A stretch of DNA of 64,000 bases from Eledone cirrhosa (taxonomy: Eukaryota), in contig OZ024748.1 of NCBI GenBank assembly GCA_964016885.1, positions 14,446,001 through 14,510,000 on the forward strand, read 5' to 3'. Under the pieces are notes generated by a model, which saw only the letters and a program-made list of their open reading frames with translations, made no database searches and was not told the DNA's origin. Shown in pieces: positions 52,383-64,000 of this stretch. A program made the position numbers and the translations under genes. The stretch's first letter is position 1, and each line of letters starts with the position of its first letter.

Positions 52383-53132
52383 CTAGAAATGTTGAAAAGA
52401 TTAAACATATAATTGATTTAAAAGATTCACATTTAATTGGTCTTCAACATTAATTGATTTATATAAAACTAGAAAATATTGCAAAAATATTTGACTCATA
52501 ATGTCCTACACCATTAGCACAATATTCTTAAAAAGTACACAACATTTCAACTGTCTCGCATGAAAAATTCAAGTCTTTATTCTAATGCTGCAAATTTTCA
52601 CAATGATCTGTCTAGTAGTAAAAATACTGTTATCTTTTGAATTAACAAACATTTTTCTTCTGAAATACTACAGTATGTTAAGAGTTAAAGTGTTATCATT
52701 TAATTGGCATTCAAAATAAACTGATTAATATAATAATTGTTCCTACTTTTGGCACAAGGCCAGCAATTTGAAGGGAAGGGAAAAATCGATTAAATTGACC
52801 CCAGTACATTACCAATTTTAATATTCCCGTAAGAATAAAAGGCAACACATAGCCTTGGCAAGATTTGAACTAAAAAAATAAAGGGACATAACTATCTGCC
52901 ACAAAGCATGTTGTTTGATGCCCTACCAATACTGCCATTCCACCGCCCTTTGATTAATATAATAATAAAAAGTTCATCGAAGCCATACAAACTGATTTAA
53001 CTGTTAACAGCATTTAGCAAGTGGATTTTATATTTTGATTTCTCTGTTCAATATATGAGGCACCGTCTACAGCAATGTATAACTGGTACTTATTTTATAG
53101 GAGGATGAAAGAAAATGCAACAAAAATACTAA

Positions 53133-53425
53133 CTGATGTGTAACCAATTCTATCAGATGTGTAACCAATTCTACATGATGTGTAAGACATTCTATCTGAT
53201 CCGTAATCAATTCTACCTGATGTGTATCATATACTACCTGATGTGTAACACATTCTATCAGATGTATAACATGTTCTATCTGATGTGTAACATGTTCTAT
53301 CTGATGTGAAACCAATTTTATACAATGTAACCAATTCTACCTGATGCATTACAAATCTACACAATGTCTAACACATTCTACATGATGTGTTACACATCCT
53401 ATCTGATGTGCTACAAATTCTACCA
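53133..53425. repeat. Minisatellite, 21-bp unit (ctgatgtgtaaccaattctat), about 14 copies
   Basis: Visible directly. Confidence 0.9.
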
Positions 53426-53805
53426 ATCCACAACCCTTTTTTATTGTACAGATATCAAAGTGACTTTTATCTGAACATCTCTAGAATATAATCTGCAATC
53501 TACTGTTTTAATCTAGAAGAACTAAAAGAATTGATTTTTGAAAAAAGAAAAAGAAATTTCTTTTTAAGAATTCATAGATAAAAACTGTTTCACAGAGAGA
53601 CAACTTCTTCAAAGAAATATTTGATTAAAAGAATAATTATAAAAACTAAGTTATATTGATATTCTAAGGAAACATTACTTACACTACACTATCAAAGATA
53701 TTTAAAATAAGATACTTTCCTGACAGTAGGAATAGTAGAAATATAGGAATGAGATTTATTTTGATATTAAAGTTATACAGATACATATCTATGCCCCTCA
53801 AACAC

Positions 53806-53851
<46 letters not shown>

Positions 53852-54052
53852 AACCATTTATGTGTGTTGTATTGAGGCAAATAACTTTGTATCTACTCTG
53901 GGATTTATATATAACCTTACCTATTGAGTACGCTGAGACGCAACCAGTACTAGCAGAGAAACCACATGCTAGTCCCGTTAAGTCTGCTTTGAGAAAATGG
54001 TATTGGTTGGGCTCCCTCATATCTATGTCTATACTCATGTATAAATATATAT

Positions 54053-54109
<57 letters not shown>

Positions 54110-54748
54110 TAAACAGAATAGAAAATGCTGACAAATTGTTCACAGTTGAAAAATGGTTTAATTAGGAATAAAAGAGTATTAGTGATTGTATGGGTTAGTA
54201 TTCAGTTGTGGTTTTAAGTTTTTAAGTTTTTACCGGTTGTGCATTTCTAAATGCTTTTCAAAAATAATTTTGAGATAGAGTGTCCGTGCTGTTTGCTCTG
54301 ATCTGATATATATATATATGGAATACAGGAGCAAACAATTGTCCAACCCATGCCAACATGGACAGCAAACAAAACAAGGAAACCAGACAAGACATGGTCA
54401 TCTGTCCAGTCTGTTCCAGGTCATGGCAACTTGTCCAAATGATGCCTGCATGGAAAGCAGACAAAACAAAGGAAGCAAAGAAGATATGATCATCTGACTT
54501 GTCTGGTTCCAGATCATGAAAAGTTGTCCAACACATGCCTGCATAGAAAGCATACATAAAACAAAGATGATAAATGATTATTCCTTGTCACATAAAGTGA
54601 ATATAAACCTAGGTCTAATTCATAACCAGCCCATTGGGTATTCTGTCACTTATTAACACTAAGGAATTCATTTGGTTTATGAATGAATACAGAAAATGTG
54701 TGACTTGCACTATATATATAACATCATAGATGCTTCACTCTTTGGCCG

Positions 54749-54793
<45 letters not shown>

Positions 54794-54986
54794 CACACAT
54801 ACACATATATATTTATATACACATATATATATATATACACATATATATATATACACATACATATATAAATACATATATATATACAAACATATATACACAT
54901 ATACACACACATATATATATATACATACACATACATATATAAATACATATATATATATATATATATACAAACATATATACACATAT

Positions 54987-55017
<31 letters not shown>

Positions 55018-55073
55018 CACATAGATATATAAATACATATATATATATATACAAACATATATACACATATACA

Positions 55074-55117
<44 letters not shown>

Positions 55118-55667
55118 ATATATATTGTTTTTTAAATAGGTTGTCTGCAAAAATGTGTATGTTCTTCTCATCATGATGCCTAAGCATTTGCATAAACATC
55201 CATCGTTAATACATTGAAAAATAATGTAAAACGAAACACAAACCAACTTCTTCACATGATACAAACCAAATACATTAATCTAATTGAGCTGTGTATGTAT
55301 CAATAATTTATATAGGGGAAACTTGTAGCTTAATTAAATTTGCTTTTAATTATTCAGTTTCACAATGTAAGACTTTTTTTTAAATATTCCCTCCTTCTCT
55401 TGAAATGGCAATATGAAATAATTGCATAGAAATTAGAAAATTTTAAATTACAATTTCATTGAAATTTTATTATTGATAACACGAAATTGTGATAAAGAAA
55501 GAAAAATAAATACATAAAATTACTGATTATATTTTCAATTTGCAAAGAATTCTCAATTGGGGTTCAATTTCTTTGAATGAAAAATAATAATAGCATTACT
55601 AACACTGTAGCCATATAACAAGCCTCTGCCTCCTCCTCTCTACATGTGTGCATGTGTATATATAAGC

Positions 55668-55754
<87 letters not shown>

Positions 55755-55858
55755 TGTATATAACGAAGGAAATGTAGTAAGGAACCAGGTGGACCATAAC
55801 GCACCAAAGTACTCAATACTTGAGGTAGTAGAGTGGGTAATAGGAACCAGTAAGATAC

Positions 55859-55891
<33 letters not shown>

Positions 55892-56763
55892 TATAGGTGT
55901 GTGTATACATGCAAACACATACATACATACAGACATAACTTATATTGAAAGATGTTTTACAAAACATGAATATTCCAAAATATATGTTTTATTTGCAATC
56001 AAAGACAACTAAAGGGGTTGGCACGATGAAGGGCATCTGGCCATAAAAGATTCAGAAAGAAACCCACAATATATCTGTTGCAGGGCCTGCACAACTAACT
56101 CCTTAAAATAGCCTTAAAGCACATGCTACTGTTGCTAAAAAAAGGCAGAAATTTACAGTTTCCCTCCCATGGAATTGTATCACAAATAATATTTCTCAGG
56201 TATGTTAATGATAGGGGCCCAAGTTACACACACACACAAACATATATGTATATGATGTATATGTTGTTGTTACACCTTACACTTATGAAAGTTTAGCTGG
56301 AATCCTATGAGGTAGCATCCCACGGGTGGTTTCTTGGGTGTTTTGTGTGAAATGTCCTATCATGAAAAGCAACATGAAATGAAGTTTCTTGTTGAAGACC
56401 ACAATGTGCTGCCCAGTCCAGGATTTGAACCCTTGATGTTATAATTATAAGTTCAAGACCCTAACTACTAGGCCAAGTGCCTTCATGCAGTGGCTGATAC
56501 TTGCATGTTTAATGATAATTTTTCCTGGAAATAATGGTTTTCTATTTAGGCACAAAAACCACAATTTTGGGGGAATGGAAAGTTAATTAAATCAACCCCT
56601 GTATATTACTGGTACTTTATTTTATCATCTCCATAAAAATAAAAGGTGGGAATTCAAATTAGAACATAAAGAAGCATAACCATATGCAGCAAAGCATGTT
56701 GTCTGATGCTCTACCAAAAGTGCCAATCCACCACCCTTTTTGAAAATAATAAAAATGTATTAC

Positions 56764-56949
56764 CTGTGTATGGTTGTCTCTTTTTGCGGTGAAGCTGATC
56801 GCCAATGCAAGAAATAGATTTACATTTGCTCCAAGCACTCCATTCAGAGGCGAGGCAGCTTGCTCGACATTCAATATGACAGACTTTTGATAAAGATGGC
56901 TTTGATTCTTTGCAATTACTTTCTGCTACCGGAACTTGTTTATTATCAT
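56764..56949 (-). CDS. THSD7A: THSD7A/B-like gene, first visible internal exon (186 nt, phase 1-1)
   Basis: ttttacAG acceptor, GTaata donor; reads DDNKQVPVAESNCKESKPSLSKVCHIECRASCLASEWSAWSKCKSISCIGDQLHRKKRQPYT. TSR motif WSxWSxC; matches recalled human THSD7A CHIPCPTECEVSPWSAWGPC. Likely co-ortholog of vertebrate THSD7A/7B. Confidence 0.92.
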
Positions 56950-56999
56950 CTGTAAAAGAAGCCAAACAGAAACAATATAGTAACATCAATATAAAGAGT

Positions 57000-57123
57000 G
57001 ATGCTATAAAATAGTTTATAAAGAAGGGTGAAAACCCTTAGATGGAAAAAAGTTGCCATGAGCTGCTATTAGGAATTGAACCTAAGGCTCTTCACCCTGT
57101 TTTATAAGCTATTTTATAGCATC
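57000..57123. repeat. Imperfect inverted repeat with about 42-bp arms
   Basis: gatgctataaaatagtttataaagaagggtgaaaacccttag ... ctaaggctcttcaccctgttttataagctattttatagcatc. Confidence 0.85.
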
Positions 57124-57781
57124 TCTGTACAAGCATACATAATTTTTGTAGCAACTTTATCCTCTCATCACTTCATAAAAGTCTGAAAGATCAGTTAAAT
57201 ATAGTAGCATTTATAAAATGTTTTTCCTATTTCATTACCATATTTCTAATGAAAGATAGCACTGATAATTTCAAAATAATTTTGAAAATATTCAAGAAAA
57301 ATTGGAGCATTTTAGAAATACAACTAACTTTGTCATTATTAAGCTGGTGTTTGTAGCATAACTTAACAACGCTTCTTACATAAACTCATAATGGAAGGTT
57401 TTGAGATAAATATAAACATTTTAATTCTTTTTTTACCATATTTCTAATGAAAGATGCTGCCTATAATATTTAAATAATTTTGCAAATTAATTAATTTAAT
57501 GTCAGCTTGCATGTTGAATCTCCTTCAGAACTACTTTAAGCATAGAAATGTTTGTGGAATGCTCAGCCACTTGCATGTTGAATTCACATTTCACAAACAA
57601 CTGGAATATGCATTGTCAGAACTGACAGATGTCCAACAATATATGAAACACAGAATTATATATTTTTTTAAAGAGATTATTTTTGTATAGAACTGTATCA
57701 CTTTATCAGATAAGATGTTTTGTTTTATTCTCCATCTCTTGCTGAATTCACACCATTTATTGATTGGTTATTGATCAGTTT

Positions 57782-57875
<94 letters not shown>

Positions 57876-60605
57876 CATATATGTATACATATATATATAC
57901 ATATATATATATATATGGGTATATTTCCAATTAGAGTTGACTAAGCTTCGGCTTTCTACTTTCCAGTTAGTTGGTAGCGATTCTGGTAAGGGATTATATT
58001 CCACAAGTAACAATTGACGTAATTAGCAACAAAAATAGGAAAGTTATCAACCAATTTGATCAAGAACTGATAGAATATAATGAAAATGGTGTTAAATATT
58101 CAAAGAAAAAAGAAATTTTCAACTAGAATTATAATTCCTGCGTTGGAAGGAATTATATGTTGATAACACTTCCCACTTCATTCAGCATACAGCACATTGC
58201 ATTGAATGTCCAATTATGCAGTTCAAGAAGACTTTATTGTAGTTGAACTCTCATTTCAGACCTGGTTAACCCTTTTGTTGCCAAACTACTGGAAAGAAGC
58301 CCAGCTTCTATGATACAAAATTGTACCAACGTTTCTATATTTATTTAAAGACAATCAATATAATCTTATGTAAGAACCTTTGTTAATTTATGTTTCAAAC
58401 ACAAGCTTAACAATGGGTCTCCCTTGCCATCCTCTGGGGAAATGCCTTCTCCATTCTGTCCACCAGGGTGTGGGGCAGCCAGCACGTGGGACCCCATTTG
58501 CTCATAATACAGAGAGATGGGGAGGGTGAGAGAGATGGAGGCAATGACAGTGGGAGTTCGGCTCTTCCGTGTTTGGACACATTGAGGAATTATTTCAGAA
58601 AAACCCAATGAAAGTTTATTTTTGGTTGATAAAAATTTATTTATTTATATCTTTTTCTCTCTCTCTTTATAATGGGAAAGTTCTGAAGCCTTCTAATTTT
58701 AAAAACTATCTACTAAATTATTTAAAAATCGTAGACAATATCTTTCATTAAAAATGAATGCATGCATGGTGCCGTAGCCCACGAAGGAGTCATTGGTGTG
58801 CCATATCGATTTACAGTATTTCTAGAGCACTTTTAAACCTGGCAGAGCCTATCTCCTCTCCAGGTCTAAATACAACAGATTTCTTCCAGAGAAGGATAAA
58901 GAGTGAGAGAATAGAATTGAGAAGTAGGTGTACAGGGAGAATCGACTCCAGTATTTGACTGGTACATATTTTTATCAACCACGAATGGATGAAAGGAAAA
59001 GTTGACCTTGGCAGTGTTTGAGAGCAGAGAGCCAAAGTTAATACCTCAAAGCATTCTATCTGAAGTTCTAATGACTCTGCCAAATTGCTGCCTTACTTTA
59101 TTAAGAATACAGAGAAAATAATTAAACTTGAGTGAATAACCCATTACATTTTTAGTTGAAGAAATCATTTTGTTGGTTAAAAGAAATCTTGAAATTACAG
59201 AAATTAAAGAGGAAATGAGTGAGCTGAAAATCTTTAACAAAAGATTGCCATATAATAAGATCAGTTACTGTTGAAAATAACACAAGGTTAGAAAGTTATG
59301 GTAAGTTGTTCAGTGGTTTATATTTTTGTAGAAAGTCTGTTCTAGAAAGATAATATCTGAGTCAGTGATGTTGATATTCAGTATGGAACATAAGCTAGGA
59401 ATAACAAAAACAAAACAACAAAAACAAAGTAGAGTTAATCATTAACTGTCAATAAATTTGATGTAGCATCTACCAAACTAGATATTTTTAAGATAATATA
59501 TTCTGTACATCACAGTATGTTAGTAATGTTTCTGTATTAATGAATTTTGAATAATATCATCAAAGATAATATATGTCCTAGCAGAACATTCTATATCTTT
59601 ATTATTATTATTGTTATTCACAACTACAGAACCATCAATGCATTGAATTAATTTCATACATATTCATATTCACAGACATAGTTGTGTGCTGTGTGGTTAA
59701 TATCTGTCTTACATAGTTACAGGGTTAGGTTAAATGTCTATTGGTATATGTTTCATATATAGTTACAAGGTTGTATTAAATATATGCTGTTATGTCATAT
59801 ATACAGCTACGTTGATGAGTTAAATGTGTATTGGCATCTGTCTTATCCAGCTACATGTGTCTGAGAGTATATCTAAAGTCTGTTTCAAGCCTGCAGGCTC
59901 ATCAGACCAGAGCTTATCTCAGTTTCAGTGGGGTTAAATAACTGAGAGAACAAAACATCCCCTTGGGCAGGACACCAGTCCATCGCAGGTTTATACCCCC
60001 CAGCTATTGCTGGTATTCCTTTTCAGTTGTGTAAACAGGAGCAATGGGAAATGAAGTGTTTTACTCAAGAACACAACACACAATCCAGTCCAGGAAGTGA
60101 ACCCATGACATTATAATCATAAGTCCAACACTCTTAGTAGGCCACACACACACATATATATATGTATATGTGTATGCATATATATATATATATATATATA
60201 TAAAGAGGCAAAGTAGTTTATGGATGAATTAAACATCCATAATTTTATAAATAAGATGAATCGGAATATAAAACTATTTACCATGAATAATTGTTGAATC
60301 TAAAACTAAGTTTCGGTGCTATACACAAACCAAACATACCCATTGATTTTTTTGTTTTTTGAATTTATAAGAATGTTCTAGTATTTCTAGTTCTAGAATT
60401 CCTCATTTCTTTTGAATGTGAAATCCAGAGAGTCAGTATTTATCTCTTGGCCAAACATTTACCATAATGGCACAATTAGGCTCTTATTAAGTCATTAAAT
60501 GGTCTTTGATATTGTTCAACAGATTGTTGGGGTAGATATGGGGAGTAAGTTATTTTCCGGTCAAAGTAGTTCTTTACAAGTTTAGCCTGTGTGTGTATTT
60601 AAATA

Positions 60606-60698
<93 letters not shown>

Positions 60699-61689
60699 AC
60701 ACACACATATATATATATATATGTATACACACACACAAATATATATATATATGTATGTATACATGTATATCTATGTGTTATACGTTTGATATTTTGATGC
60801 TTGTGTTTTCAAATGTATTCTAATCCTTGTGGTAATTCATACAACTTCAACATAGTGATTTAAATACAAGCATAAAAAAAAGAGAGAAGCTTATAAGTAA
60901 ACAGACACACAATTCAACACATTCACATAAGTATAAATTTATTTTTAATTGTGTGTGTGTGTCTTTTGAGATGAAGTTTAGTTATAAATATTTAACCCTT
61001 TATCATTTACATTACTATTGTAGTTTCACAGTAAAGGCTTTATCTCACCTAATTATCTCACATATTGAATCTTTGAAATTTTGATATTTATTTTGTGAAT
61101 GTAAGTCTGAGTTGCCGGTCACAGCTGGTTTGAGCAGAAAGAGCTTTAAATGCTAGATTTTTAAGTCTAAATCTGTCTTGAGCCTGGAGGCTCATGAGAC
61201 TGATGCTTATCCCAGTTTCCATGGCGTTAATCAACTTAGAGTACATGATCCCTCTTTTATAATGAAACACCTTATATATTTGAATATAAGCTGATCCAAA
61301 TAGAAGCCAAAACCACTATTTTATGCCTGAGAAATGGGCAAAAATCTAAACCCCATTTATAAGCTGAGACAGCTAATCAACACATTGTTTAGATATAAGC
61401 TGACTGTCTGATTCCCCTCCATTTTAGCATCGATTGTTTGGTCACATATTCCTCGATTTACATTTGAGTATGTATGGTAATTAATAATTTTAGTAATTGT
61501 CTCAAAATTCTACATTAATTAATTGAAATGGAATGTGTTTCATTGGGAATATGGTAACGAAAGATGAAGAAGGAAGAAATAAATCTAAAAACATGAGTAA
61601 AGAAAATATAATTAAAAGGTGGAAATAAAATTTTAGTGGGGGGGGGGGGGGCAAAGATGACTAGATATAGAAATGTAAACAAATAATTA

Positions 61690-62465
61690 TAATTATGAGG
61701 ATGATGATGATAATGGTAATAATGAAGATGGTAATGAGGATGATGATGGTGATGGTATTAACGATGATGATGGTAATAAGGATAGTGATGGTAATAATGA
61801 TGATGATGATAATGGCAATGATACCAATAGTTGAAAAACTATTTCAAAAATGTTAGAAAAATGTTTTAATGATTCTCAAATCATTTAAAAATAATTTTAA
61901 GCTAAAAGAATTCCTAAGGAACAAAAAGCCATTTCAAAGAAAAAAATGTGTTCATGACGAGTTTTTCTTTTAAATATCTTAAACATATTTAAAAATAAAA
62001 TAAGGTTTTTTTAAAAATAATTTTGAAAATGTTTCTTAGATAAAAGATGGGAAATGGAAACTAGAAGGATCTTAAGAGTGCAGGGAGTTCATAAACTGAA
62101 GTGGGGTGATGATGATAGGTGGGTGGGTTGATGGTGATGGCAAGGGTGTTGATGGTTGTGGCGTGGTGGCGATGGGAGGGTTTCTTGATGATGGGGGTGG
62201 GTGATGCTGGCAGTGATAGGAAGTGATGATGATGGGAAGTGACTCTGGTGAGAGGCGATGCTGATGTTTAAGGGAAATGATGCTGTTGGTTGAGGGAGGT
62301 GCTGGTGATGATTGAGGGAGGTGCTGCTGACAGGAGGTGATGATGATGATTATGGGAAGGGATGCTGATCGTTATGGGAAGGGATGCTGATCGTTATGGT
62401 AAGTGATGCTGATGGTTAAGGGAAGTGATGCTGCTGGTTGCTGATGATGGTGGTGGTGGTGAGAC
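61690..62465. repeat. (GAT/GGT)-rich low-complexity tracts (61690-61830, 62100-62465)
   Basis: Visible directly. Confidence 0.8.
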
Positions 62466-63523
62466 AATAATGAAAATAGAGGGACCATAAGAATGAAGTG
62501 AGTTCATACACTGGGAGTAGTTAATGTGATGGTGATGTGGGGGATGCAATAATGAAAATAGAGTGTATAAATTTGGATTGAAATGACAAAAAAGCCAGCA
62601 GTGATAGCAAGAATAATGATATTAGTGAAGTAAGGATAATGCTGACAGCAGAGTTTTTTTAAAATATAGTGAAGAAGTGAAAATGCTGACTGTTTAGATG
62701 TTAAAAACAGACAGTGGTATGTTCTGAACATGTGTATACACACACATTATATATATATATATATATATAGATATACATACATATGCATACATGCATACAT
62801 ACAGGCATACAAGAGCGGTAACCTTTTTGATGCCAACCTGCTTGAAACCAGCATTGGTTCTATGATACAAAGCTGTTTATTTTGAAGTATTTATATTTAT
62901 TGTAGCTGCAATTCAAAAGATTGGCCTTGATACATGACTGGGAAATGCTTGGCCACAGGTATGTTAATTTCATATACAGGCTGTTGCACTGTTTGAACAA
63001 CTGGAACCACCAGAATTCTAACATACATAGGACTGGATTTTCTCTTGTTGAGGCCCTAAGCTATATGAAATTTGAGCCCCCTCTCTAAAAAATGTTAAGG
63101 TTAATGAGAAAGACGAAATTATATATATATGTGTGTGTGTGTTTTGGCATTAGGAAGGACATCTAGCCATAGACACGAAGCCAAAATCAGTTCTGTGTGA
63201 GAGAAACACAATCCTCTGATCTGATCTCTCACAAAAGGACAGCCCGTCCAACCCATGCTAGAATGGAAAATGGATGTTAAACCATGATGATATACATATA
63301 TATATATTGCACCTCTCAACGTGATGACACATGACCGTGACCTCTGGCATCACGCAGTAATACAGAAGACCTAACTTCCTACAGGGACAAGCCAAAGCCG
63401 AAGCATATAGACAATATGCCCCCATCCCCTCCCACTGAAAAGTGGTCGTGGAGGTGTCATGACAAAAAAGCACCTAACCCATGCTAGTGTGGAAGAATGG
63501 ATGTGTGATGATGATGATGATAT

Positions 63524-63862
63524 CATCATCATCATCATTTTACGTCCGCTTTTCCCTGCTTGCAAGGGTGGGATGGGAACTGATTCTGGCTTGATTTCTA
63601 CGGCTGGATGCCCTTCCTAACACCAACCTCATTTACAGTGAGTGCTGGGTGCTTTTTTTTACCGTGGCACCTCCACGACCACTTTGCAGTGGAATGATAT
63701 CGACCCCAGTCCCTATCATCTCATTTCTACAGCTGAGTAAACTGGAGCAATGTGAAATAAAGTGTCTTGCTCAAGGAAACAACACATGACCCGGTCTGAG
63801 AATTGAACTCACAACCTTTCGATTGCAAGGCCAATGCTCTAACCACTAAGCCATGTGCCTCC
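63524..63862 (-). mobile_element. SINE family B copy, tail-to-tail with an RTE-tail fragment (63305-63520)
   Basis: gatgatgatgat|atcatcatcatc junction; head followed by direct and inverted duplicates at 63863-63900. Confidence 0.9.
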
Positions 63863-64000
63863 ATCTAAGCCATGTGTCTCCATATATATATGGAGGCACA
63901 TATATATATATGTTTGAAAACTAATGATAAAATAAAAATATATTTTTAAAATGAGACTCTAATGGGGGTGTGGTTGTAAGCTATAGTTTATTTAGTTTAA

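Noticed and set aside
57200-64000. Further upstream THSD7 exon or promoter
   Set aside because: No Cys/Trp-patterned frame with splice sites found by eye; a short exon could have been missed.

Overview
AT-rich, microsatellite-dense animal genomic DNA, most likely from a coleoid cephalopod (octopod), inferred from the repeat content. The window lies entirely inside one large minus-strand gene. Eight GT-AG exons (56949-56764, 52382-52174, 42828-42636, 36730-36535, 18726-18611, 14270-14061, 6341-6147, 3706-3377; 1635 nt, about 545 codons) splice in frame into tandem thrombospondin type-1 (TSR) modules collinear with the middle of THSD7A/THSD7B. Start and stop lie outside the window. The introns (2.4-17.8 kb) hold several tRNA-derived SINE families, RTE, CR1 and R4/Dong LINE fragments, piggyBac-, Mariner- and hAT-type MITEs, minisatellites and (TA)n arrays. 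The most unusual signal is a set of short islands embedded in or next to (TA)n arrays. They carry minimal type-I hammerhead-ribozyme motifs, near-perfect 78-110 bp palindromes or 35-38 bp inverted arms, consistent with remnants of TA-targeting Penelope-like or retrozyme-type elements. Also seen: a probable HDV-like ribozyme remnant, locally inverted SINE heads, SINE-LINE tail sharing, and young inverted SINE pairs flanking exons (possible dsRNA, ADAR and circRNA substrates). All comparisons were made by eye and from memory; no searches were run.
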